This document shows positions 39,326-49,692 of a DNA stretch of 64,000 nt, piece by piece. The first letter of the stretch is position 1, and each line of letters opens with the position of its first letter. The notes under the pieces are model-generated. The model did no database searches, was not told where the DNA came from, and saw only the letters and a program-made list of their open reading frames with translations. Origin of the DNA: Andalucia godoyi And28 (lineage: Eukaryota > Protista > Jakobida); assembly GCA_009859145.1 (NCBI GenBank), contig VRVR01000065.1, positions 13,253 to 77,252 of the forward strand, written 5' to 3'. The translations under genes were made by a program, and so were the position numbers.

Positions 39326-40848
39326 AATACGCCGATTCTCGGTTGCTTGAACTTTACATAAAGCGTGTGCAAGAGATGTCGAACATGCGACACCACAGAA
39401 GGCAGTTTATGAGACAGTCGAATCGATCCAGGATTCAAATTTGGATGAACCGTTCTAGGGCGCGCAATCGTGTTGGTAGATTTTACCGTTTGTCCTGAGG
39501 CGTCTGACTTGTCTGGAAATTAAGAGTTCACGATTTCAGTGGTCCTACTCCCTCTGCAGCCTCAGTTTCAACAATTCTTAAGTTGTCTGCTCCCACTTGA
39601 TGTTTTCGCTCAGAGAGTTCCTGTGGGAGTTTCACGACAATAAGTGCATGCGGTACGATTTCCTGGAGTAATTTCACCTGCTCTGCACCTGCATGCTTCA
39701 AAATCGTTCTTATGTTGTGTGCGAATGGCAGCCTGATGAAAGTTATGGATGGAACAATTGCTTGCATGCGCAGCTATCGATGAGAGATTGGAAAACAAAA
39801 CGTCATTCAGCAAATTCCCAACATCATCGAAACGCGCGGAACTGCATGCATTCGTAGGCGATGATTCAAAACGTCAAAATCCACTGAATTCTTCATTTTC
39901 GCAAGCTCGGAATGACCGCATTTTCCACCGCAAGTAAAGGTTGCAACCATCGACAATTGTTTTTCCGCGGAAACAGAGTGACCATGTGAAAAGGGACAAC
40001 TCTGACCTGCTCAATTCTCTGCATCGTTTTCGTATACAGTACCGACGGAAATCTGAGGAAACGGGAAGAATGCCAACGCCGTTCTTCTGCGTTTGCTCGG
40101 TGGGATCTCCGCTTCGCAGAGCCGGTTGTGTGACGATGGAGATCCCAAAAGCTCGTCAAACTTAGGCAACATCTGATTTTGCAGCGTATTCGAAACAAAA
40201 CTTTTCAACGGATAAAGCAACCAGAACAGCAAAGGGTGAATTGAAAGAAGGAAGAACGAGACACCGAGCGAAAGGGAACGAGATTTCAATAACTGCAAGT
40301 TCCCAATTTTTTGGTTTGCGAAAGGTGCAGCAGGAGAATCCAAAAAATATTCTGCAAGTGCAGTTAAATGGATGTGGAAGTCAGCTGCAACAGTACAAGT
40401 GACTAGCACTCCGGTAGGAATCTTAGCTCGCATGTTTTGACCGTCCCCAACACCCCAATCATGAACATCTTTCAACTGCTTTGATGCAAAAAACCAAAAA
40501 ACAGGAGGACTGGCGTTGTTACAGCACTGGCAGGAGAAATGACGATTCACAGATTGTACGTGCAGGCTCCTCGCGCGTGCTCGGATGCCGCTCCTAGTAT
40601 GCATTTTGGCATTACTCAAAAATGGAAATCGGGTGATCCGAGACTCCGAGAAGATCAACTCGGGAGTTTGCTTGCTGACATGCTTTGCATCTTCCGCACA
40701 GTCGTCGGGTTTTCTGGTAATCGGCCAAATCGGACGCCATCCATTTCTGTTTCGTTTATTTTTGGTGATGGATGGTCACTGTTCGTGAGGCAACTAGGGC
40801 AACGGATGGAAAGCAGATGTCGTCTCCTTCCTTTCCTTCGTTTTACAC

Positions 40849-41520
40849 ATGTCTCCAACCCATTCTGTTGCCACTGATCAAAACCATCAGACGCACACAC
40901 AACAAACCAAGGCAATGTTGATCGAAAACTGTGATTCACGTTCTCAGGAGTCAGCGGGGGACAATGGTGCAGAGATACACATGTGCCATTCGAATTTCAT
41001 GGAGGCGATGCCGAGGCGTCCGACAACCTCTCACAGCAAGTCCGAACGTCGTGAAAAGACTCCCTGGACGCTGGTACAACATGCACAATTCGAAGCCGGA
41101 CTCCGCATTTTTGGCAGCGGCCGCTGGAAGCAGATTTCTGGCTTCATGAACTGCGGTCGAACTCCACTGCAAATCAAAAACTACGCAAGAGCATACATGA
41201 AAAGACATGCAAAACTCCAGAGCAACCAGCCGGCATTCGATGATGAATTCGTGAAACCACCAAGCGAGGATACTCTTTCAATTCCAGTTTTTGAGAGCCT
41301 CTCTCCTGTGAACTCGAGCGCGGGTTCGGTTTCCTGCTATGCCTCCTCATATCCCACAGCGGCACCAGAGTACCAGAGGCTCGCCGTCGTGAATCCTCTG
41401 CAACTGTGTTGCGACAATGGAATTCCATTCCTTCGACTTGAGGTGGAAGACGTACTCCAGACGGAATCTTCTCTGCGGGAATTGTTTTTGTTTGACAACT
41501 GTCTGATAGTCTACAGATAG
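40849..41520 (+). CDS. Single-repeat Myb/SANT transcription factor (SHAQKYF-like class)
   Basis: PWTLVQHAQFEAGLRIFGSGRWKQISGFMNCGRTPLQIKNYARAY. The true start may be a later ATG. Confidence 0.85.
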   Translation: MSPTHSVATDQNHQTHTQQTKAMLIENCDSRSQESAGDNGAEIHMCHSNFMEAMPRRPTTSHSKSERREKTPWTLVQHAQFEAGLRIFGSGRWKQISGFMNCGRTPLQIKNYARAYMKRHAKLQSNQPAFDDEFVKPPSEDTLSIPVFESLSPVNSSAGSVSCYASSYPTAAPEYQRLAVVNPLQLCCDNGIPFLRLEVEDVLQTESSLRELFLFDNCLIVYR

Positions 41521-42239
41521 TCATCAGGCATCGAAGTCGACATTGCAACAGAGGGAGCTATCGTTCGATAGCTGAATAAGCGAGAAACGGTACATACAGA
41601 TGTGACTGTCCGTATTCTCAACTGCAAGCTCAATCGTTTGGAAATGGTTCCTGACTGAAGTGGAATGCAATCAACGGAGCTTTCGCTGAGAGCAGCGAAG
41701 AAAATGAGATCAATGATTGTAGCTTTGAAGAAGTCGAAGATGAAGCCCCAAAGAAGGGGTTGTTGGGAAGTCGGTCTCACATAATTCGTTGTTGGACGAT
41801 GATGAGTGCTCCAGCGTAAATGCGCTGGTTTTCGTCGTCTAAAGGAGAAGTTATCTCCGGTATGTGAAAAAGTCCGTTATTCATCCGTCACCGGTCTTCT
41901 TGAACGAGCCTTTCAGCATGCAAGCAACGGAATGCTCCGCGACAAAACTAGATCACAATGTCACCAACTGTCCGACGGGTCCGAGGTGCAATTTGTCGCA
42001 AACAGGCATGCAGCAGAACAGCAGCAAACCGCATCGGGCCCTTTGTGGTGTCGCGTTTGTGCTGTGCTGTCAGCACCAAGGAATTCACGATGCTTCTGTC
42101 AGCTTCTGCTTGATAAAAAAATTTTAAAAACCTGATCTCTTTATTCAGCTGTCTTTTTGTTTTGCATAGATTGTATTATGACAACGGCAAGCACTCTCTG
42201 CACATTTCATCATTGCCTGTTCAACATTCCCTGCGCAAC

Positions 42240-42564
42240 ATGTCTTCGAGCGGCGAAGAAAGCGATGGCCAGGATGTGAACTCGGCAGAATCGACGTTTG
42301 CGCTTCTGAGTCCATTCTATTCATACTTGTTTGTTTCATGCTCCATGCTCAATCGGTATCTTGTGCAGACCGCGGTCTTCCAGCTGCTATGGTGCACGAG
42401 TCTGGTGGTGTTTGCACTGTCCTGGTTCTTCTGGGACGAGTTCCGCTCTTGTCCCCTGCTTCAACAAGTACTTGTATATCGGCGGATACATGTCAACTGT
42501 TGTGCCAGAAAAGTCATTCTTTTCGCGACTGTCGCAGAATCATTCTTCCGTGGAATATGACTGA
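42240..42564 (+). pseudogene. Orphan 5' fragment of a paralog of the multi-TM adenylyl cyclase at 57177-62606
   Basis: MSSSGEESDGQDVNSAESTFALLS...LWCTSLVVFALSWFFWDEFRS aligns with MPLSAAGDDSDGEDVNSSKATFSLLS...LWSLSMSVFGFSWFFRDDMRT. A second frame gives FFSRLSQNHS versus VYARLAQGDS. Confidence 0.8.
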
Positions 42565-42657
42565 AGATGCTGGCCGCTTCTCGGTCTGCTGCACGTAAGC
42601 AAACGTCTTCGATCTGCATTCGAACTCCGTAAAGGGCGGGATGCTCAAAGATCTCAC

Positions 42658-43119
42658 TCAGCGTGGTCCACGATACGAATCGGCCAGGTGTCCGCAAGGT
42701 CCGATTGAAACTGTGGAGAAGAGACAGCGTGGAAAGTCTATCCAACTATGAGATGTTTTCCGATCCTGATGGCCATTCCACATCATTATGAGCTTCCCTG
42801 CCAGGTCCCAACAACACACGCACGAACTATTGCATTGCGAAGACCGTAAAGATTGATCGTGAGTTGAGCACAAGAGACCACTAACCGCATGATACAGTTT
42901 GAATTGATCATTGATAACAACTGGTGGCACAACCGATTCTTGCAACGAAATCTCAGACTCTGAGCATTCTGATTGGTAGACATCCGCTTCCACGGTCGAT
43001 GCTACGATGGAAGAGAAGTGCTTCAAAAGTAGTATTCTAGACTGAGAAGAAAGACATCCTCGAAGATGACTTCTTGCGAGAATCATACTCGAGTGCGTTC
43101 CCACCGAATGTCCGCTCAC
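42658..43119 (-). pseudogene. Fragment with MIR-domain-like motif
   Basis: DQFKLYHAVSGLLCSTHDQSL resembles MIR (fRLrHv.tg.yLhSH). No clean start. Confidence 0.3.
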
Positions 43120-43476
43120 TCAGTGCAGCAGATTGGGATGCTAAACAACATCATTTCCCCCTTTGTAGTCAAGCAAATGGATGGATGTACCGACTTGTAC
43201 GACTTCTCCTCCTTGAACCTTTCACTGAATTCAAGTGCATGAAACTCTTCGATATAAGGAGAGATTGTTGTGACCCGAATTTCAATCAATTCAAGCATTT
43301 CCACAATAATGCCGATTTCGTACAGATGGACGAATAAAGCGAAGTTCTATCGCTCGCTTTCTTGAATACTGCCTCAATCTCAAGAAGACAGAAACAGAAA
43401 ACAACAAGTGTCAGAGCAATGTCTTCGTTCTCGTTTTTTTCCTCCTTAAGTAAGCGTCCTCCGAACGGAATTAACC

Positions 43477-44625
43477 ATGCTTCGAAACGCCGGGATATTA
43501 CGTCGACTGTTGCTGGTCGAAAATCTCTTCTTTTTCCTTTTCTTCTCCACGATTTTCAATACTCTGGTGAGTCATGTGAAAGGAGAGACAACACCGAAAC
43601 TGGTGGATTCGGTTCTGTTTATTGGCGTGGATGGATTACCTGCGTTGTCCGTCGACAATCCCAATCCAATTATCGGTGATCAGTATCCTGTTCCAAACTT
43701 TCAGCTGTTGATGAATGAAGGCGTGTATGCATACTGCTCGCGCACTTCGGCGCCCACAGTCTCGTCTCCTAACTGGGCCGCAATGTTGACCGGAATATCA
43801 CCCACGGTTTCCGGTTTTGTCAGTAATCCGGCTTCTGAAGTTCAGCCGGCGTCCTTTCGGAACCAAGGATCGACACTGTTTAATCGAGTCCATAGCGGTC
43901 TCCCGAATCACACAATGTCCGCATTCTACACGTGGTGCGACATTCGAAGGTGGCTTTCGTTCAATCTCAATGAAACTAACGTCATTCATGACCTCGATTG
44001 GATGACATTGCTTTGCACGCAGAACGATAATTCGACGTTCCACGAGGTCCGAGGGTTTCTAGAGAACATGGATCCTCTTCTAACAGCAGGCACTGTTCCA
44101 GGATATTTGACGTTTGTCCAGTTTGACGAGGTCGACGCAACGGGTCACGAGGACGAGTGGTTTTCCGACGAGTTTAATCGGTATGTGCAAGTGATAGATG
44201 GATATGTCGGTCAGCTCGTCGACGTTTTCAATCGCTCTATGAATGCGGCAAACAAAACAAGAGTTGTGATCTTAACTTCGGATCATGGAGGAATAGACAC
44301 TAATCATGATGATCCCACGTCTACTCGAGTTCTTAATGTCCCATACGTGATGTGGAGCAATAATGCCTCTCTTTTCCCGAGAAATTTCACGCTGTCGGAA
44401 CCGATCGTCTATAATCAGGATGCATATTCCACGATTCTTCGTCTCTTTGGATTGTACGACGATGACGTTGACAGGTATGTATACACCAGCCGACCGCTGG
44501 ATTCAGCAATTCTGCCGCTGCAGAACCTCAATGCAACGAAGGCAAACTACACGCGTATCTACGAGATGTACAATCTCAAGGTCAATAACTCCAACGGCGA
44601 TCGCCGGTTTTGCTATGAGTATTAG
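43477..44625 (+). CDS. Secreted alkaline-phosphatase-superfamily (NPP-like) enzyme; C-terminus probably extends to 44711 via a 1-nt shift
   Basis: Signal peptide, VLFIGVDGL, TVSSPNWAAMLTG (Ser at the nucleophile position), DEVDATGH and LTSDHGG, with many N-glycosylation sequons. Confidence 0.88.
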   Translation: MLRNAGILRRLLLVENLFFFLFFSTIFNTLVSHVKGETTPKLVDSVLFIGVDGLPALSVDNPNPIIGDQYPVPNFQLLMNEGVYAYCSRTSAPTVSSPNWAAMLTGISPTVSGFVSNPASEVQPASFRNQGSTLFNRVHSGLPNHTMSAFYTWCDIRRWLSFNLNETNVIHDLDWMTLLCTQNDNSTFHEVRGFLENMDPLLTAGTVPGYLTFVQFDEVDATGHEDEWFSDEFNRYVQVIDGYVGQLVDVFNRSMNAANKTRVVILTSDHGGIDTNHDDPTSTRVLNVPYVMWSNNASLFPRNFTLSEPIVYNQDAYSTILRLFGLYDDDVDRYVYTSRPLDSAILPLQNLNATKANYTRIYEMYNLKVNNSNGDRRFCYEY

Positions 44626-45171
44626 ATAATGATAAAGAATTGAATGCCGCCACAACCATCCATGACTATGTTCACGAGACCACCGAACGGCGTTCATTCA
44701 TTGCCAATTAGAGAGATACCTGCTAATTCAGTTCTTGAGAATCTTGATTGATAGCTCAAAGGAAGAAATTGGAATCAAATTTCGGCGCAATCGTCTAGAA
44801 GTCAAGAAGGACTCGGAATCGTTTTGAGAGCTCAAATTTAGCGAGATATCTGAGCACCCCTTTTGTGGACGTTTCAAAATTCAACGGACATGCACACATC
44901 GGGGATTCACCGAAGACGTCCGCAGTTACCAGCAGGTCATATCTTTAAATTACACAATCTACTTGCAAGTTTGTATTTTGGCCATGTTTGATGGTTCAAC
45001 GTTTAATTGAACCTCGGTGGAATACTCCAGCGGCGTCGAAGTGCTCAGCAGTAGGACGAACCAGAGCTGTACATTTATGGATCATTTTTGCCCCCAACTC
45101 TCTCAACGTTTGCTCTGCTTTTCCATTCAAGAAAAAACATACAAATAAGATGTAACTAGCATTGGAAAAGG

Positions 45172-46065
45172 ATGCTGCCTCCTCTTGATGACATTGTGCC
45201 CATCGAATCCGAACCAGGCAATCCTGCAAACCGAGTAGTTGCGGATGTTCCTACCATTGCACGCCGCAGAGATGTGGACCTCCATTGGATGAGTGTGAAT
45301 TTGCCCAAGTGGATCCGCATTGTTCTCATGGAACTTCGGCTGTTCCTAGCGGAATTTGTGGCCACCTTCCTGCTGACGTTCGTTGGGGCCGGTTCCATTC
45401 CAGTGCAACACGTCTCCGCGGGCATTCTTCCACCGGTTGCCCGCTCGTTCGTTCCGGGCCTTGTGGTGCTTGCCATGATATACAGCGTAGGACACGTCAG
45501 CGGTGCGCATTTGAATCCGGGAGCCACATTCACATTCCTACTACGTGGTGTATTTCCGTGGTGGAGAGTCCCGATCTACTGGGCTGCACAGTTTGGTGGC
45601 GCTGTGTGTGCTGCCCTGTACATCCACATGGCATTTGGAACTGTGGGCAACGTTGGAGCGACGTATGCTAAATTTGCAGCCACGGAGCACGTGTATGCAT
45701 ATGAAGTTGTGTTATCGTTCTTTCTGTACTTTGTGATTCTGTCTACATCGACTGGAAACCAGCTGGTCGGGCATAATGCGGGTGTCGCAGTTGGGTTATC
45801 CGTCGCGACCCTCGGAGTTGTCGGTGATCCGTTAGGTGCTGGAACGGCTAATCCCGCAAGAAGCCTTGGGCCAGCGTGGATCAACGGTGACTTTTCCAAA
45901 CAGTGGATCTTCATCGCCGGCCCCGCAACAGCAGCTCCAATCGCAGTGATTGCAGCCTTTCTTCTGCACGGAAAACCAAAGCCACATGAATTCATTGCGT
46001 CCGAGGGCAAGGGTAGACGAAGCCACGATTGTCGAAGTGTGCGTGGACATGTCGAACGACGGTGA
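45172..46065 (+). CDS. MIP-family aquaporin/aquaglyceroporin, NIP-like
   Basis: AEFVATF, GHVSGAHLNPGAT, YEVVLSF and TANPARSLGP, with six hydrophobic segments. Confidence 0.95.
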   Translation: MLPPLDDIVPIESEPGNPANRVVADVPTIARRRDVDLHWMSVNLPKWIRIVLMELRLFLAEFVATFLLTFVGAGSIPVQHVSAGILPPVARSFVPGLVVLAMIYSVGHVSGAHLNPGATFTFLLRGVFPWWRVPIYWAAQFGGAVCAALYIHMAFGTVGNVGATYAKFAATEHVYAYEVVLSFFLYFVILSTSTGNQLVGHNAGVAVGLSVATLGVVGDPLGAGTANPARSLGPAWINGDFSKQWIFIAGPATAAPIAVIAAFLLHGKPKPHEFIASEGKGRRSHDCRSVRGHVERR

Positions 46066-46743
46066 CAACAGCAGAGCTGTTCGTTGTTTTAGTATACTGT
46101 GTAGCATACGCTTTTTGGATAAGACTCCAGGTTTTGTTTGCTGCCTCTCTCTTCCTCAGTGCCTGAACACGCTCCATCTTCCATTGTTATCATGAAGCTG
46201 CGTCGGGATCTCGCATTTCGAGCTGGTGCCACAACGGAACATCGAACGCACCGCAGATTCTGTAGCAGAAATCGACGACCATGCGATGAAACGGTTGCCA
46301 AGAATTTCAGCTGAACTGGGGTGGCGGATTCTCGAGGAAGATGAAGAGATCGAAACAATCTCGTACTCGGAGCTGTGAGAAATTGCATTTTTCTGATTTG
46401 ATGATATTTCCCTTCAAGAGCGAATTCGGCCAGAGGTCTTATCCGGCCTTCTTACATCCTTGCGGAGATTGCGAAACTCGCCCAAGACTAACAGGAATTT
46501 GCTGCATCTCGCCCAAGGGTCCTGCCGATCTTGCTTTGGGACGTCCATGGCCAATGCTCGTCGGTGGGATGTTTGTGAATGAACATTGTTCACACAAGAT
46601 CCACAGCGGTAGCGAACAATAGAAGGTGGTGTCAGGGATAAATGGTTATATTCTTTCTTTGCTTTGCCGTTCCAGCACAGACAGAATTTAAAAATGGAGA
46701 GCAGCAGCAACCACCATGTATCCAGTTGTTGTGCATTTCTAGC

Positions 46744-47195
46744 TCAGAAGACAACTGCCGCAGCGAGGGCACCGACAACGCAGAGTGCGGATGCACCGTA
46801 CGAAACAGCATCCGAGCTGGGACAGTTTCCGGGAGCCGCCCCGAGAATAGAAGTGCCTCCCTGGGTAACTGCAACTGCCGTGAAGGAGTCGCAAGTAGCA
46901 CCGCTGTAATTACAGTGAAGCTATACGTGTTTCCGCCGGACGTTACGGACGCAGTGCACGTCGCAGTGTTCGTTCCATGAAAGCAAGTGGGACTTGCAAG
47001 GGTATATGCAGTCCCAGAAATCGTGATCGCGTTTGACGATGCCGTCCAGGCGGTCGTGCTGGAAGAACCTCCGTGCGGTGTAATGCACCATGTTATTGCG
47101 AGTGAGGATGCGAGCGTGGTGCCGGTGGTTGGGCATGCTGCTGTTGCGCACGCAAGCAGCCCAAAGAGAGCAACAAAGTGGCAGGCAGACTTCAT
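46744..47195 (-). CDS. Small Cys/Ser/Thr-rich GPI-anchored surface protein with an apparent 1-nt frameshift near 46914
   Basis: Signal peptide MKSACHFVALFGLLACATA. After YSFT a shifted frame reads CNYSGATCDSFTAVAV...CPSSDAVSYGASALCVVGALAAAVVF*, a typical GPI signal, ending at 46744. Confidence 0.75.
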
Positions 47196-48026
47196 GTCAG
47201 CGGAAAGTACAAGTCGTATGACGAGAAGAAGAAAAAAGAGAAAGAAAGAGGTAGGAAAAGTCTAATAAATTGCGGAAGAAGCAATTTAACAGTTTGTTTG
47301 AGAGACACGACCAACTGCCTTTGAAAAATCAAAAACGTAAATATGCTGGTTACACGCACCAAGGGCGTTGCACATGCTCCCATTCACAAAATTGATTGGG
47401 AGCACTTGGGTGTGCGAAAGCAGGGATGGTCGACGCTGTTCTTGAGCGGAACTTTCGGCCGCACCAGCTTTTAGAGTAGTTTCCTAGACAACATTGCGTT
47501 CCCAAGCGGCTGCCATCAGAAACGGCATTTTGCTTCTACGCATCTGGTGTTTTGTGGCACCGGGAATGTTTTGAAAGACCCCATCCCAGCAGCAAGAGAA
47601 TTCGGAAAACTCTGTTCTTGTTCTTTTGAAAATGCAGTCATCCCAGGGATCATCCGGCGCGTTTCCAATTGATTGGATGACCTGTGTGCCTTCCGCATTC
47701 CGTCTTTTGCAGCAGGAAGGACGACGATGACGCGGGTGTTCGAAGAAAATCTTTGCTCGCTCATACCAGAAGACTGGCAGAAACAGGCAAATTGCTGCAC
47801 TGAAATTTCTGCAACAAGCCACTTCATTTTGAAAGCACGCGGCTTCATTTTTATCGAATTCAATGTATTCCCTACGAAGAGAAATTTTGCCAGAGCCCAA
47901 ACCTCTTTGAAGACTTCGGAGCAGACTGTGGCCTTGCAGGGCTCATACTGACACGGCGCGTTTCTCATTGTTACCGCTTTTCGTATATCTTCATCTTGAA
48001 ACACGGTTCGTGAGTTGAAGCATGCG

Positions 48027-48872
48027 ATGCTGGATACCAATGGGGACTATCGCAAGTACAGAACAAACCCAACGTTCCGCGGCGGCTGGTTCCTCGATTG
48101 TTTCAATCCCATCGAGTACTATGAGTACGCCAAAAGCGGGCAACTAGCTCTTTATGCCGCTGTTCAGCTGGCGGTCCTGATTCTTCTGTACGTGTTCTTC
48201 TTCTCGACCATTTCCACAGATTCGTGGTACGGCATGGCGTTCTTCGTCGCAGTCATTCTTCGACTGATTGTGAACCTGACCACGTACAATCCGCTCCACA
48301 TCTTGTTTCGCAGATGGCGACTCTTGCAGTATGCGGGTCCGATGGTGACCCCCGAGAATTACATGGCACAAGAATTTCAAGTCGCGATATTCGAACGGTA
48401 CTCGCGCTGGATTGACTGGTTCTGGATCATTCTCTCCAAGAGCAAGCTGCTGCGAGTGCTGTACCCGTTGTGGATGCTATTCTTCGTCGTCGTCACCGGG
48501 ATGAGCATTATTTTTGGGATGACGGAGAAGTCCGACAACCTCAAGTTCCTGTGGCTCATTCTGCCGGTGGCGGATTTCGTCATCTCGTCGCTCCGTCTGG
48601 GAAGCGCGGGAGCTGTGGAGCGCAACGAAGAACCATTTGACCTTCTTGGAGAGTACTCTGTATCCAAAACGGTGCAGATGTCGAGCAACTCCACCCTGAC
48701 AACCACATACACTGATGCTCAAGTTTACTTTCTCGATTCGGTGACCGTGTACAATCCAAATGGTGGGAACACGCGTCTCGAAAGTTCAGACGCCCAAGTA
48801 TCTGACACTTCCGGCATCGAAATGCATCCGCCACCGCATTCAGAAGGAACTAGAGCCTCCTCGGCATGGTAG
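48027..48872 (+). CDS. Uncharacterised membrane protein (about 4 TM helices)
   Basis: About 281 aa with four hydrophobic segments and visibly C/G-rich third codon positions. Confidence 0.8.
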   Translation: MLDTNGDYRKYRTNPTFRGGWFLDCFNPIEYYEYAKSGQLALYAAVQLAVLILLYVFFFSTISTDSWYGMAFFVAVILRLIVNLTTYNPLHILFRRWRLLQYAGPMVTPENYMAQEFQVAIFERYSRWIDWFWIILSKSKLLRVLYPLWMLFFVVVTGMSIIFGMTEKSDNLKFLWLILPVADFVISSLRLGSAGAVERNEEPFDLLGEYSVSKTVQMSSNSTLTTTYTDAQVYFLDSVTVYNPNGGNTRLESSDAQVSDTSGIEMHPPPHSEGTRASSAW

Positions 48873-49035
48873 GAAGGAAATCACGTTGGTCGTCTTGCCT
48901 GCAACCGATTTTGCAGACACGGGAAAACATGTGCACTAAAGTATCGATGGAATAGCAATTAAGAACATGGATACGTCCAGAAACGCCGAGAATCGACGAA
49001 CGGTATACGTGTGGCTGGTGCATCATACACATAAA

Positions 49036-49692
49036 TCAGCTTCTAAAATGTTCATCTTTCGGAGAAGAAGGCTCACCACCGAAACAGTGGGCAGGGAAAC
49101 CTCTTCCAATAGCATCTTCATAGGGAAAATGCCAGCGATTCAAATCAGACGGTGCTTCAAACCGTGGGACAAATCGCAAAGGCATGGACGACGTCGACGG
49201 CAACCTTTTGAAGATTTGTTCAGGAAACAGCTCGCTCAGCGACGGTAAAAGCGGGTTGGGCGCACCTAGAGGAAAAGCAATAGCGACTGGAGGCTGCGGT
49301 ATCATTGAGGAATGCAAAGACATGGGAACCTGTTCATGGCCCTTGGTGGTATGGACCGACAGTGGTGGAACGTGTGTCGTCGTTTGAGGGCAGGTGACAC
49401 TGTCGGACGAAAGGAGAGGAGTTAGACGCTGGTGATTGCTATCGATACCTTTGCCGTTGCGCTTGCATCTCTTTTTGGTTGCGCATCCTTCCGCCATTAA
49501 TGAATTCCGGAAAGAGCACAAACCGCGTTTCTTTTGTCGAGAATATGCGCATTCTTCTTCATCATGATTGTCGACGCATCGTGAACACGGAAGCTTGCCA
49601 TCACACGCTTTGTGGATCCGCTGGTAGGGGGCACATGCATGGGTAACCCGACGTCTCCTCGATATTCTGTTTTCATCGTCCATGATAAGCAC
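49036..49692 (-). CDS. Zn2Cys6 (GAL4-type) transcription-factor-like protein, second Cys replaced by Tyr
   Basis: RRRVTHACAPYQRIHKACDGKLPCSRCVDNHDEEECAY. TAC at 49624-49626 where TGC is expected. Confidence 0.7.
   Translation of the reverse strand: MLIMDDENRISRRRRVTHACAPYQRIHKACDGKLPCSRCVDNHDEEECAYSRQKKRGLCSFRNSLMAEGCATKKRCKRNGKGIDSNHQRLTPLLSSDSVTCPQTTTHVPPLSVHTTKGHEQVPMSLHSSMIPQPPVAIAFPLGAPNPLLPSLSELFPEQIFKRLPSTSSMPLRFVPRFEAPSDLNRWHFPYEDAIGRGFPAHCFGGEPSSPKDEHFRS

Noticed and set aside
47484-48040. Minus-strand ORFs of 138 and 174 aa
   Set aside because: No recognisable motif; one overlaps the start of a well-supported plus-strand gene, and I could not tell which frame, if any, is coding.
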